A DNA stretch of 63,907 bases from a virus (lineage: Duplodnaviria > Caudoviricetes). Under the pieces are notes generated by a model. The model was not told where the DNA came from, ran no database searches, and saw only the letters and a list, made by a program, of their open reading frames with translations. Location of the stretch: positions 1 through 63,907 of the IMG/VR virus record IMGVR_UViG_3300021598_000858, one strand, 5' to 3'. Below, piece by piece: positions 44,465 through 54,452 of this stretch (position 1 is its first letter; each line of letters begins with the position of its first letter). The position numbers and the translations under genes are program-made.

Positions 44465-44965
44465 CTATTCTATTTCAATAGTTTTAGCTTTCTTAGCCTC
44501 TGGGATAATGCGCTCCAGGGCTATGGTTAGAAAACCGTCCTCCAGCTTTGCTCCTTTGACAACCACGTCGTCTGATACAGCGAAGCGTTGTAAGAAAGTG
44601 CGGCCAGCGATGCCTTTGTAGGCATAGGTTGCGGAGTCATCATCAGCTCTTTCTCCGCTGACTGATATGACATTTTCTTTGTACTCTATATTAATTTCTG
44701 ACCTTTTAAAGCCCGCAACGGCAATCTGAATCTCAGCTTTGTCATCGGGTAGGGTCACGATGTTGTAAGGCGGGTATGTTGATTTAACCCTGAGGTCCTC
44801 TAACTGTCTAAACATATCTAAATGTCTATCAAAACCAAAGGTCCACGGTTGCAACATACTATTTAATGTTGCAAATGGGTCCTGGGTTTGAGGAAAGATT
44901 TCCTTGTTATAGTTTATTTTTGGGGCGTCGTTTCCGCGCCATTGAATTGGGTAGCCTGAAGCCAT
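44465..44965 (-). CDS. Small heat-shock protein (Hsp20/IbpA-like)
   Basis: YPPYNI, IAVAGF, YKGIA.R.F...F, A.LEDGFLTI.LER.IPE..K...I.I. Confidence 0.92.
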   Translation of the reverse strand: MASGYPIQWRGNDAPKINYNKEIFPQTQDPFATLNSMLQPWTFGFDRHLDMFRQLEDLRVKSTYPPYNIVTLPDDKAEIQIAVAGFKRSEINIEYKENVISVSGERADDDSATYAYKGIAGRTFLQRFAVSDDVVVKGAKLEDGFLTIALERIIPEAKKAKTIEIE

Positions 44966-45102
44966 AATATATCTCCTTTAGACGATATAACTTTTTGTGA
45001 CCCTCGTTGTTGAGCAGTCATCAGTAGTATATAACAATCTAAATTAAAATATATTCCTATAAATGCCAAAGGCCCCTTGCGGGGCCCTTGCGCTATTTAG
45101 TT

Positions 45103-45447
45103 TTAATTGCCGTGCGACCCGCCGCCGTCCTGAAAGTTAGGACGCTGACGACGAACTGCTGGTGAGAACATACGGCCGTTTGCCTGTGTTGCTCCAGCTT
45201 CTGGTGCTACGGTCTTCTGGAACTTTACGCGAATGCCATAACGTGCACCACCACGAGCAAGTTTGCCCATGATGTTTGAACGTGCTGGCTTTGGTTGCTT
45301 GTATGGGTCGCCAGCCTGAGCTCCACCTTTTTTAACAAGTGTGCCTTTTACAGGCTTTGCAACCTGAGGTTTAGCTCCTGCAGCGTTTTTTGGGTCAGTT
45401 GATGTAGGACCCAATGGTGCTGGGTTCTTACTAGAATCTTTTTTCAT
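45103..45447 (-). CDS. Hypothetical basic protein
   Basis: 114 aa, AAGGA RBS; followed by a hairpin at ~45069-45090. Confidence 0.55.
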   Translation of the reverse strand: MKKDSSKNPAPLGPTSTDPKNAAGAKPQVAKPVKGTLVKKGGAQAGDPYKQPKPARSNIMGKLARGGARYGIRVKFQKTVAPEAGATQANGRMFSPAVRRQRPNFQDGGGSHGN

Positions 45448-45507
45448 TTATTTTCCTTTGGCCAAGGGTTTAAATAAGGGTAGCCTTATTACTGGATAAA
45501 TACAGGG

Positions 45508-45786
45508 TTAACTTGCCTTTACTTCAAAGACAATTGCAGAAATCTGACCATCATGGCTCTCGATGCTTGAAAAGCCTGGAACGCAAATAAGGTCAAGACC
45601 GCGGGGAGCGGTATAACCGCGAGCAATAGCGATAGCCTTTACAGCTTGATTAACTGCGCCTGCACCAACAGCACGAATCTTGCAATTGCGTGTCTCATAG
45701 ATACTGTGGGCGATTGCTGATGCCACAGCCTGTGGATTGGACCCAGCGCTAACACGCAGGATTTGTTCTTGGGGTTGTTCGGACAT
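45508..45786 (-). CDS. spoVS: SpoVS-family (Alba-like) protein
   Basis: ILRVSAGSNP.AVA.AIA...IRAVGAGAVNQAVKAIAIARGY.AP.G.DL.C.P.F. Confidence 0.9.
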   Translation of the reverse strand: MSEQPQEQILRVSAGSNPQAVASAIAHSIYETRNCKIRAVGAGAVNQAVKAIAIARGYTAPRGLDLICVPGFSSIESHDGQISAIVFEVKAS

Positions 45787-45837
45787 GTGTACCTCGGTTT
45801 ACGAATAGTGGGGCTCCCGTAAGTACAATTATGAAGT

Positions 45838-46074
45838 CTAAATTAGATTTGGTCTGTCTAAAGGGGTGGGCGCCCTGCCGTAGGTACCGCAGCTGCTGCA
45901 CTCCATGTCCAAGAAATACTGGGCTATCTCATAGTCTTGAAAGGACGCTTTAATATTCCAAATACTGGATTGGCAAATAGGGCATTCATGAAGGACCTCG
46001 TCTGCGTAGTCCATAGACCCGCTGTAATCAGGCTTTAGTTCTCTAATGTTTCTTGTCACAGGCGATTGTTCCAA
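45838..46074 (-). CDS. Small Zn-ribbon protein
   Basis: HECPIC...YFLDMECSSCG...APTP.D. Confidence 0.65.
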   Translation of the reverse strand: MEQSPVTRNIRELKPDYSGSMDYADEVLHECPICQSSIWNIKASFQDYEIAQYFLDMECSSCGTYGRAPTPLDRPNLI

Positions 46075-46264
46075 AATTAGATAGGACGTTATTGGCTATC
46101 TCTATGTAAATATGAGCGTTCACTATAAGGTCCTCTGGATGGTGTAGCTCGCCTGCTTTTCCTGGCCAATTACTTTTTAAATAATCATGTAAACCAGGGG
46201 TCAGTTTGCTCATGAACTCATCGATTGTAAGGTATCCATGAGCTCTTAAATGTTTATTATCCAT
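46043..46264 (-). CDS. Hypothetical protein
   Basis: 73 aa overlapping its neighbours. Confidence 0.5.
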   Translation of the reverse strand: MDNKHLRAHGYLTIDEFMSKLTPGLHDYLKSNWPGKAGELHHPEDLIVNAHIYIEIANNVLSNFGTIACDKKH

Positions 46265-46814
46265 TGTCTTTCTTTTGCTCTAGGATTAAGAAGGGGCCTG
46301 AAGTATACACATCTAAGTCTTCTGCTATCTGCAGCGCTTTTTCAATAGGCGCACCCGCATGAAGAGCTCCTAATGCATACCCTGAACCATTACCAACGCC
46401 GTAGAAACCTGTCTCTGCTTGACAGACTGATAGGTCTTCGCTGACATCAAATATCTCACCATTAACAGCAATTAAGAAATGAAAACGTTGTCCTTTGTCA
46501 TTCTTTGGACGCTCTTCATCAAAGTTATATCCATTGTTCTTTAAACAATCTCTTAAAGATGGAATTAATTTAGATATAACAAAGTGGTATGTGTCAGTCT
46601 TGTCTTTGGCGGTCATCTTTGGGGGTTTCCACAGATGCTGGGCAATATCACATGCTCCAACCTCACCTGCACCAGCTAACAACACGCCGTTTGCCAACTG
46701 AGATATCTTTACCATGTTCTTATGTCTGAAGATACGACCATCATCATCTGTTACTTGATTATCCGCACCTAAAACACACTTGTTTCTATGTTGTACGCCA
46801 ACAATCGTTGTCAT
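46257..46814 (-). CDS. Proteasome-beta/HslV-like Ntn peptidase
   Basis: N-terminal MTTIVG, LGAD.QVT, conserved Lys, GVGNGSGYALGAL, D.YTSGP. Confidence 0.8.
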   Translation of the reverse strand: MTTIVGVQHRNKCVLGADNQVTDDDGRIFRHKNMVKISQLANGVLLAGAGEVGACDIAQHLWKPPKMTAKDKTDTYHFVISKLIPSLRDCLKNNGYNFDEERPKNDKGQRFHFLIAVNGEIFDVSEDLSVCQAETGFYGVGNGSGYALGALHAGAPIEKALQIAEDLDVYTSGPFLILEQKKDNG

Positions 46815-47372
46815 TTATCTTTCCCTAAAGTCCGCGCCTTGTAACTTATCATACACTTCTTTTTCGTAAGCCAATCCATGCATTCCCGCCACCAAGCGGG
46901 CTAACGCGTATGAATCTGCGGCGTTATCGTCAGTAAATTCTACTCCCCACTTCTTATAGATGTAAAGGAGCATCTGGGCCTTTTGTACGCCTGTGCCCTT
47001 GCCTGTCACATACTTCTTTAAGCTTGTAGGGGGGACTAACATCGGATAGTACCCAGCATCCTTGCATACAAGCTTGACCATCCCACCCAGCTCACCTAGG
47101 TGAAACACCTTGCCCATACCCGCGTAAGCGTAATCTTCCATAGCAATATCATCTATGGGAAATGGGGAAGAATCTATTTGTTCTTTTAAAAATGCGCGAA
47201 TCTCTGCAAGCCTGTCAATGCCTCTGAGTTCCGATTTAAAGACAGTTGTCTGATATGTCCCATTTGTTGAAAACAACGTGCAAGCAAAACCGCTGTAAGA
47301 CTGGTCAATACCCATGTACAAACGGCTACTGCCTGGAACGGACAACTTACCTTCAAATTTTTTTATGGTCAT
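46815..47372 (-). CDS. ruvC: RuvC-like Holliday junction resolvase
   Basis: GIDQSYSG, AMEDYA, LGELGG, P.SLKKYVTGKG..QK, DNAADS. Confidence 0.85.
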   Translation of the reverse strand: MTIKKFEGKLSVPGSSRLYMGIDQSYSGFACTLFSTNGTYQTTVFKSELRGIDRLAEIRAFLKEQIDSSPFPIDDIAMEDYAYAGMGKVFHLGELGGMVKLVCKDAGYYPMLVPPTSLKKYVTGKGTGVQKAQMLLYIYKKWGVEFTDDNAADSYALARLVAGMHGLAYEKEVYDKLQGADFRER

Positions 47373-47863
47373 GGGATAAATCTATTTCCAAATCCAGACC
47401 GACTGTTAGACGTACGTCTTGTTAACTCCCTGCTAGTAAGCGAGTAGTACCGCTCTAAATTTTCTAACGCTGTCTCTAACAGCTTACGATATGCGTGGGC
47501 ATAGTTCTTGGCCTTTTCTAAAACTAATACGTGGTCATCTGTTGACACTGATGCCTTTAACATGACTGCTTTCTCTGTGGTTTTACCAGTAGTTTTAGTA
47601 AGCAACCCTCTGGCTACTTCTATCTCATAATCGTTAGTAGCCTCAAGCTCAGCTAAGGATGCACAAGCTACTTGAGTTCTAAGGAAGTTTAGATTCTCCA
47701 TGTATTTGGCAGCCATAATCATCAAGTCTTGGTCATCAACAAGGGTGATATCTTCTGGAAATGCTGGCGGGTCAATGTTCATGTTTCTTTTTATTGGCAG
47801 TCCTTGTGCCTCTAGTTGTTGAAGAACCAACTCACTGATGCCCGTTGCTACTAGTTCACTCAT
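47369..47863 (-). CDS. Helical hypothetical protein (possible recombination mediator)
   Basis: P..P.DIT...D..L and SRELTRR; sits in the recombination cluster. Confidence 0.5.
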   Translation of the reverse strand: MSELVATGISELVLQQLEAQGLPIKRNMNIDPPAFPEDITLVDDQDLMIMAAKYMENLNFLRTQVACASLAELEATNDYEIEVARGLLTKTTGKTTEKAVMLKASVSTDDHVLVLEKAKNYAHAYRKLLETALENLERYYSLTSRELTRRTSNSRSGFGNRFIP

Positions 47864-48707
47864 TGTAACCTCCGCACTTTGTACATCCGCCCCATTTATC
47901 TAAGTTACATGGGGGAGGGGTGTTGTTATTGATAGCTTCGACAATCATAGCTGCTGCCTCAAACAAAGGGGCAATAGCAAAATCTGTTTTAGGTACAACA
48001 AACTCTTTTACATCCTGTGTTGCTTTGTTCTCATATATAAGAACAGCTTCTCTTGGATAATTTTCATACTCTAATAACTCTGCAAGCTTCATATATATTT
48101 GAACTTGAGTTACGTGCTTAGCAAAAGGGGCTTTAATCTCTGGCCAAACCTTTTCCATAGTCCCAAACTCTGCGGCTAACTCTGGGTTTTCCCACCGTAT
48201 AGTTCCAAAGCCAATTGACTTTACTTCTAACATGAGTGGGTCACCAAAGTTTGTAAGCCAACCATCAGCGTGACCAAAGATGCGAAGTGGTTCATAGAAC
48301 AGCGGGACCTCTTTGTATTCTAATGGTCCCTCATGGCAATCGGAACCGCCCCAGAAATACTCATCACACTCTTTGCAGTACCACTTGCCATATAAGTTTC
48401 CCATTTCTTGAAACCAACGTTGCCACTTAGCATGGATGCCGTGACCTTCTGCAAATACTGATTGAAGTCGCAAGCTATTACGACGTGAACTTTCTAGTGG
48501 TTGGTGCCCTTTTAATTGAAAATAGGATGCTCTGTGGCACCACTCATCGCCTGCCATCTCTGATGGATGTAGGACATCTGTGCGTCTACTTTTGTCTGTT
48601 GGCTTAGATAAAACGTAACGTTCTACTGAACCTAAGACGCGGGAAGGTTTTTTGCCTGCATCTAAAAATGATTTCAATGCCCCCGTTGGCTTGTACTTTT
48701 CTGTCAT
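47856..48707 (-). CDS. Cas4-like PD-(D/E)xK exonuclease
   Basis: HPSE..WC.R, G..IH, GHADG, EVKS, QVQIYM, C-terminal cysteines. Confidence 0.85.
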   Translation of the reverse strand: MTEKYKPTGALKSFLDAGKKPSRVLGSVERYVLSKPTDKSRRTDVLHPSEMAGDEWCHRASYFQLKGHQPLESSRRNSLRLQSVFAEGHGIHAKWQRWFQEMGNLYGKWYCKECDEYFWGGSDCHEGPLEYKEVPLFYEPLRIFGHADGWLTNFGDPLMLEVKSIGFGTIRWENPELAAEFGTMEKVWPEIKAPFAKHVTQVQIYMKLAELLEYENYPREAVLIYENKATQDVKEFVVPKTDFAIAPLFEAAAMIVEAINNNTPPPCNLDKWGGCTKCGGYNE

Positions 48708-48719
48708 ACGGATACCGTA

Positions 48720-49037
48720 TCACACGTCTTCAGTAAGTATCCACTCCTCAAGTGACTTGCCCTGTTTTTTAGCTTTACGCTTAAGCGCGTTACGCTCACG
48801 ATGCGACATGCCGCCCCATATGCCGTGCTGTTCTTCCATAGCCTCTGCATAGAGCAAACAATCTTTACGCACGGGACACTCAGGTAACCCGTCTCGTCCA
48901 AAGCATACGCCTTTGGATACGGTTGCAATTTTTTTATACTTAGCTTTATCTCTGGGAGGAAACCAGAGCTCTGTGTCCATCCCCCGACACTTCGCTTGAT
49001 GGCGCCAGCCCTCTAAGTGGCCGATGTCTTCGAACAA
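48720..49037 (-). CDS. whiB: WhiB-family Fe-S transcription regulator
   Basis: W...AKC...D.ELWFP, VC...CPVR..CL.YA, GIWGGMS.RER. Confidence 0.92.
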   Translation of the reverse strand: MFEDIGHLEGWRHQAKCRGMDTELWFPPRDKAKYKKIATVSKGVCFGRDGLPECPVRKDCLLYAEAMEEQHGIWGGMSHRERNALKRKAKKQGKSLEEWILTEDV

Positions 49038-49354
49038 CTACACTCCTGAAGTTTCTGGCGTAGTTCTAGAAAATCATCCTCCAACAACATTACGTAGTTT
49101 TCATCGTTGAGACTGAAACCAAGTACAGGAGTGCGACTGTCAAGGATAGCTTCCTTAACAATCTTTTCTAGAACCGTGGCCTTGATAGTCACGGTGGCTT
49201 TGCCAGTCCACTTGTGTTCTATTAACAAGTCCTTAGACCGAACATCACCCTTACGACTCCAAAACGCTCCGCTACCTGCGTTTCGTTTGCCATTTATTTT
49301 TTTGGCAAGTCGTTCCTCGTGTCTCTTCGACTCCTTCTGACCCTTACTCTTCAT
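49013..49354 (-). CDS. Hjc-like PD-(D/E)xK resolvase/nuclease
   Basis: E.RLA...G.R..GSGA...KGDV...LIEHK.T. Confidence 0.8.
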   Translation of the reverse strand: MKSKGQKESKRHEERLAKKINGKRNAGSGAFWSRKGDVRSKDLLIEHKWTGKATVTIKATVLEKIVKEAILDSRTPVLGFSLNDENYVMLLEDDFLELRQKLQECSCSKTSAT

Positions 49355-50396
49355 CCTCGGCTACCAGTTTGGAGCCTTGTTTGATAGAAGCAAGAACGTC
49401 ACTTTCGAGTGTCTCCTTTAAATCAACTTCTTCCCGTATAGAATCAAGCATAGCATCGGAGCCTTGCCACTGTCTATCCGCGTAACGGTAGTAGGCACCT
49501 GCTCTAGTTATCACTTTATTGACAATTCCAATAGCTAAGATTTCCTTAGCAAAATCGATGTCTCCAGCCAATAAACCGTTGCCTTTTGCAAAATAAAAGT
49601 CAAAAGTAGCCACCTGGGATGGTGGGGCTGACTTGTTTTTTAATACTCGTACCTTAATGCCCTGACCTACACGGCGCTTATCTTGGCCAGTCCCTACCTC
49701 AATCCACTCATCTCTGCGAACCTCGCAGCGGGTGAAGAAAGCGTAGTCCTTACCTAGCCCACCTGGGGTGGTGCGTGGGTCACCGTACATAACGCCAATT
49801 TTGGAGCGCCACTGGTTAATAACAATTCCTATGAATGGACGTTCTGGTTCCACCAAAGAACGTTTAGATGCTTTGCCCACTTTACGGAAGAACTTGTTAG
49901 TAAGAAGTGCTCCACGACCTACAGTAGATTCCTCCATCTCCTTATCGTCTTCTGTTGTAGGGACCAAGGCAGGTAAAGAATCAATAACAATACAATCGAC
50001 CGCTTTACTTTCTGTAATCTGGATGACAGACTCATATGCTTCCTCCATAACATTTGTTGAAACTACATATACTCTGCTGGAATCTACTCCGCACATCTCT
50101 GCATAGCTAGGAACCCACTGCTCTGCTGCTACCCAAACAGTAGTAAAGTCGGGGTTTTTCTTTTGATTAGCCGCAATAGTCTTTAGTGCTATTGCTGTTT
50201 TTCCGTTGCTTGCTTCTCCAATAATTTCGTGCCATTGATTAACAGGCCAACCACCGCCTAAGGCAACATCTAAACTTACTGAACCACTTGTGTAACGCTG
50301 TGAGACATCAGTTCTAATCTCAGAACCAAGAATGATTGTGTCATCGCCATATTTTTTATTTATCTTTTGTAATACTTTTACTAATTCTGCATTCAT
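49344..50396 (-). CDS. recA: RecA-family recombinase
   Basis: SGS.SLDVALGGG.P, G..SNGKT, IVIDSL.ALVP, INQ.R.KIGVMYGDP.TTPGG. Confidence 0.93.
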   Translation of the reverse strand: MNAELVKVLQKINKKYGDDTIILGSEIRTDVSQRYTSGSVSLDVALGGGWPVNQWHEIIGEASNGKTAIALKTIAANQKKNPDFTTVWVAAEQWVPSYAEMCGVDSSRVYVVSTNVMEEAYESVIQITESKAVDCIVIDSLPALVPTTEDDKEMEESTVGRGALLTNKFFRKVGKASKRSLVEPERPFIGIVINQWRSKIGVMYGDPRTTPGGLGKDYAFFTRCEVRRDEWIEVGTGQDKRRVGQGIKVRVLKNKSAPPSQVATFDFYFAKGNGLLAGDIDFAKEILAIGIVNKVITRAGAYYRYADRQWQGSDAMLDSIREEVDLKETLESDVLASIKQGSKLVAEDEE

Positions 50397-50755
50397 TAAA
50401 TTTTCCCTATGATTGTGGTTGGGTTATATCCGCCTGTATCTATCTGTCGTGCTGGTTGAGCTGGCCCTGCTCCTGCTTGACCAGTCGTTACTCCACGCAC
50501 TCCAGTACCCGATTGTACTATTGGATACCCGCAATCGTAACAACGCTTTCTAGACTCAGGGGTGGCACCGCCGTAGTTTGAACTACCGCATCCAGGGCAA
50601 CGTTCTGCTGTAGGGGTTATCTGTTGGGAAGGTGGATACTGCGGTTGCTGTGGTTGTGCATAGGTTGCTGGCTGAGGCTGTACAACACCTTGTCTTTGAG
50701 GTTGCTGAGGTGCTGGAGCTCCTAGCTTTTGCGCCCACCAAGAACTACTCATCAA
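50396..50755 (-). CDS. Gln/Pro-rich Zn-ribbon protein
   Basis: CPGCGSSNY...RCYDCGYP. Confidence 0.65.
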   Translation of the reverse strand: MMSSSWWAQKLGAPAPQQPQRQGVVQPQPATYAQPQQPQYPPSQQITPTAERCPGCGSSNYGGATPESRKRCYDCGYPIVQSGTGVRGVTTGQAGAGPAQPARQIDTGGYNPTTIIGKI

Positions 50756-51245
50756 AACCCTCCAACTTTTTAAACTCTAAACTGGTATTAGAAACATTCC
50801 CTGGTTGTATTAAACCAAGATTTACTCCTGAAGACAAGCCCCCTAAAAGGGAAGAAAAAGCAACCATTTTGTACATCATGTGCATCATGTCTTGCTCGCG
50901 TTCCATTTCCCTAACATTATCTGGGTCTCGTTTTTTAATCTCATCAAGTTGAACGCTGGTTATCACGTCAGCTGTCATCTCAGATACCATGTCTATAAAT
51001 GGAAGTAGGTATTCTATTTGGTCTAATCTCTTTTCGCTTTCATTAAACTCATGTTCATCTCCTTCTTCACTTACAGGAGTCATGCCTAATATTTTTGCAA
51101 TAGTGTTTGGTTCTTCTGCTAAATCTGTATCATATAAAAACCAACGCATCAGGGTACCTATAGGTATCTCGTTATTAATAGTTTCAAATTCTATATTTAA
51201 GGGCTTCTTCTTTTTAAACGGCCACATTATTTTGCCTCGCCCCAT
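50745..51245 (-). CDS. Hypothetical protein
   Basis: ORF between polA and the recA cluster; likely start MWPFKK at 51227. Confidence 0.6.
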   Translation of the reverse strand: MGRGKIMWPFKKKKPLNIEFETINNEIPIGTLMRWFLYDTDLAEEPNTIAKILGMTPVSEEGDEHEFNESEKRLDQIEYLLPFIDMVSEMTADVITSVQLDEIKKRDPDNVREMEREQDMMHMMYKMVAFSSLLGGLSSGVNLGLIQPGNVSNTSLEFKKLEGFDE

Positions 51246-53200
51246 CTCTGAACTGTTGTAATGTCAGCAATAAGAGGAACCTCAAGAAGCTGTATACCTT
51301 CCATAGCTTCCCTAATTGCCGCTGCTGTCTCTTCAGCAAGACTGTTAGGTGTCAAGGTAACCAACTCATCATGCACGGTTAACAATATGCTGGCTTCCTT
51401 TGGAATAAGATTATGTGCTCTAATCATAGCAAGCTTCATGATGTCTGCGGCAGAGCCTTGAATTCGTGTGTTGAACGCCTGTCTTTCTGCACTACCACGC
51501 TTTATAAAGTCGCTAGAGTTAATGTCTGGAATGTACCTTTTGCGACCCATGATGGTGGTCACGTACTTTTTAACCTTGGTAGCTCCTACGACCTTTATTC
51601 TATAGGAGTTAACAGCACTAAACTTAGAAGCAAAGTCTCCTAAAAGTGTTCTAGCCTCTGTGACTGAGCAACCAATAGACCTGGCAATCTTATCGGGGCC
51701 TACACCATACGCCATAGAAAGAACAAGGACCTTGCCTGCCTGACGATTAACCCCCATAACATCTCCTACAGTTGTATAGATGTCTTGACCTTCTAGGTAG
51801 TTTTTCATCATGGTCTTGTCTTTAGACATAGACGCAATGATACGAGGTTCAATCTGAGAGTAGTCAGCAACCACTAACTTATAGCCCTCTGGGGCATAAA
51901 ATAGATTACGAATAGCTTTGCCGTTGTCGCTAGCAGACGGATTAGGTATGTTCTGTAGGTTTGGATTACGGCTAGAAAAACGGCCAGTCTCAGCCCCATG
52001 TTGAACAAAGTCAGCGTGCACGCGGCCACTAACTAAAAGACTTTCTTTGTATTCTACTTTAGACTTGCCGCTGACAGTTCGTACAACATCGCCTCCAAGG
52101 TATGGCACAACGTATGTGCTAAGCAATTTATTTAGGTCAGCGTACTCAAGCAAAGCATGAACCATCGGGTCTTTCTCACGATAGGGCTCTAAAGCTTCTG
52201 CTGATACTGAGTAGTCCATGTAGTCAAGGTCCTTGCCTTGCATCTCTTTTTCAAGACCTTTGTTGGTAAGAATTTTTGGTTTAAGACCTCTACCACCTGA
52301 AGACTTTGGGCTATACAAAAGGTATTGTTTTTCTTGATTAGAATTAATATTAAATACTCGACCTGCAACCTTGTATATCTGAGCGCGTGCCTTCTCAATG
52401 TCCTCCTCTAACCGTGTGTGCAGGGTGGTTAGGGCATCTGTATCAATAGGTGCGCCAGTAAGCTTCATGTGGCACAGAACCTCTAGAACATCCATCTCTA
52501 ACTTCATGATGTTTTCTACGTCGGCTTCTTTAATTTTATCTCGTACCACCTTCCAAAGCATGAAGGTGTACTTAGCATCTAAGTATGCGTACTTAGCAAC
52601 AGTACTAAAGGCGTGAATTTCTACTTGAGCTCCAACACCTTTTTCCATTTTGTAACCAAGCTCTCGCTCTAGACAATCATCAAGACCGCATCGGTTTTTA
52701 TTACGGTTGTCATATATAAATGAGCCAACCATGGTGTCGAAATAGGGAGCGGTAGGTATGGTTTTGTCAAAATACTTTGCTACTGAGCAAAGGTCAAAAA
52801 CTAAATTGTGACCAATCTTTAACTTGTCACTAAAAAATAAAGGTTTTAAAGCAGCAAAGACTTCCGCTGGGTGTAGTTGTTCAGGAGCTTCGCCGAAAGT
52901 TTTAACAGCTTTGCGCTTGTCCCTAGAGTAATCGCTTTCCCTAGCCTGAAGGCCAGCTTGTACGCGCTTTTCTCCTTGCCCTGTAAGTGGGAAAACTTCA
53001 GATATAAATTCACCATGTGGGTGGCCCATCGGGATAACATCCCCACGACCATAAGTCGCAAGACTAAGCCATAGTACTTGATTAACAACTGGAACTCCTC
53101 TTCTATCTCCTACTGTTTCTACGTCAAATGCAAATGCGTCTTGTGTTAGGTAGTAATCAACGAGTTCTTTTAGTTGCTCAGTTGTCGTAATAATATTCAA
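51227..53200 (-). CDS. polA: DNA polymerase I family A (3'-5' exonuclease + polymerase)
   Basis: FDVET (ExoI), GHNL.FD, YA.LD, TGRFSS.NPNLQNIP, ADYSQIE.R, R..GK...L...YG, IQGSAAD, VHDEL. Confidence 0.95.
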   Translation of the reverse strand: MNIITTTEQLKELVDYYLTQDAFAFDVETVGDRRGVPVVNQVLWLSLATYGRGDVIPMGHPHGEFISEVFPLTGQGEKRVQAGLQARESDYSRDKRKAVKTFGEAPEQLHPAEVFAALKPLFFSDKLKIGHNLVFDLCSVAKYFDKTIPTAPYFDTMVGSFIYDNRNKNRCGLDDCLERELGYKMEKGVGAQVEIHAFSTVAKYAYLDAKYTFMLWKVVRDKIKEADVENIMKLEMDVLEVLCHMKLTGAPIDTDALTTLHTRLEEDIEKARAQIYKVAGRVFNINSNQEKQYLLYSPKSSGGRGLKPKILTNKGLEKEMQGKDLDYMDYSVSAEALEPYREKDPMVHALLEYADLNKLLSTYVVPYLGGDVVRTVSGKSKVEYKESLLVSGRVHADFVQHGAETGRFSSRNPNLQNIPNPSASDNGKAIRNLFYAPEGYKLVVADYSQIEPRIIASMSKDKTMMKNYLEGQDIYTTVGDVMGVNRQAGKVLVLSMAYGVGPDKIARSIGCSVTEARTLLGDFASKFSAVNSYRIKVVGATKVKKYVTTIMGRKRYIPDINSSDFIKRGSAERQAFNTRIQGSAADIMKLAMIRAHNLIPKEASILLTVHDELVTLTPNSLAEETAAAIREAMEGIQLLEVPLIADITTVQRWGEAK

Positions 53201-53281
53201 ATGATTACCTCGATTAATGTAGGTGTCTGGGAGCCAGCGACGAAAGGGGATTAAGTTTACTGGCCCCCAGAACTCTAGTGA

Positions 53282-53944
53282 TTAAAGAAGAGAGTTTGCA
53301 ATCTCTTCTAGTTCAGCCCATGTGTGTTCTTTGATTACAGAGCGTTCGAATGGCTTGACTTGTGCCACGCCTTCTTCGGCCATCTTCTCATCAATACCCC
53401 AGTCTTCCATGAGGTCACGAGGCTTTACTGCGTTGAGGTGATACACAGTTTGTTGCATTTTGCCTGTACGGCTAATAGCCCAGTAGTTCTTAGTCAAAGG
53501 TCCTTGTGGGGAAAACTCTGCTGCGTACAATGTCTTGTACAAACGTGGGCTTGCAATAAGCATCTGGCGAACAACGCCTGAAGGAGTAATCACTGCAATA
53601 GTGAACGCTCTTTTATCTTCTGGCTTGCTACCAAGCTTGGTGCATAGTGGGTCGTTAGGCCCAAGTGAAACATACGAACGCTTGCCAACAGTTTTCTGCT
53701 GTAGGAAGTGTTGCTTGTAGATTGCAAATGGACCATTCTGGTCAATGAACTTAACAATTGTGAACTCACCGTCAACAAATTTAAATTCTGTTGGGTAGTC
53801 ACCTGCGGTTGTTGACAGCTTTTCTGCTGCATCCCAACCAGACTGCACAGCATTTGTTGTTGCTGCTGCAGGACGTTCTTCGATGGTTGCGGTGTCGAAC
53901 TCATCGTTTTGTGGAAGATATTCTTCCGTACGGTTTACTGCCAT
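53282..53944 (-). CDS. Putative single-stranded DNA-binding protein
   Basis: IVKF....PFA.Y.QHF, DPLC, YWAISR.G...T.Y; sits next to polA. Confidence 0.6.
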   Translation of the reverse strand: MAVNRTEEYLPQNDEFDTATIEERPAAATTNAVQSGWDAAEKLSTTAGDYPTEFKFVDGEFTIVKFIDQNGPFAIYKQHFLQQKTVGKRSYVSLGPNDPLCTKLGSKPEDKRAFTIAVITPSGVVRQMLIASPRLYKTLYAAEFSPQGPLTKNYWAISRTGKMQQTVYHLNAVKPRDLMEDWGIDEKMAEEGVAQVKPFERSVIKEHTWAELEEIANSLL

Positions 53945-53951
53945 AGTTTTT

Positions 53952-54323
53952 TTATTCCTTTGTTTCAGTTGTTTTAGAGTCTTCGACTTGGATATTCTTC
54001 CAAGCCTCAGCGATTGCGTTAGTCAATTGCTGATTAGGCCACTTTACATTCTTCTTTGTAGGAAGTCTGTAAGGTGATGGCGGTAGGTATCCTGTTTTTA
54101 TCCATTGACGGATAGTAATTACGGGACGTCCCAACGCTTGTGCGAGAGCGCCAATGGTGTAGAACTCCATGTCCTTGCCATTAGGCAGAGTCTTTTTGTA
54201 GGACTTTGATTCCCACGTGTCATCGACTTCTACCTCGGGAGCTTTTGGTTCCCTGCGCTTTCGTTTACTGCCTGGATAATAACTATCCAAGTCAGAAAAC
54301 ATTTTATCTATTTCATCTGTCAT
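53952..54323 (-). CDS. MerR-like HTH DNA-binding protein
   Basis: FYTIGALAQALGR...TIRQWIK.GYLP. Confidence 0.7.
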   Translation of the reverse strand: MTDEIDKMFSDLDSYYPGSKRKRREPKAPEVEVDDTWESKSYKKTLPNGKDMEFYTIGALAQALGRPVITIRQWIKTGYLPPSPYRLPTKKNVKWPNQQLTNAIAEAWKNIQVEDSKTTETKE

Positions 54324-54452
54324 ATTAAAGCAGCTTAAGTAGTATGTAAATCTGAAGGCACAAAACCATTATTGGTACAACAGTTCTTATAAGTTCCATT
54401 GTGTGGTTGTACTCGTCAAGTTTACGTTCTAACCTATTTCTAGTTGTTGACA

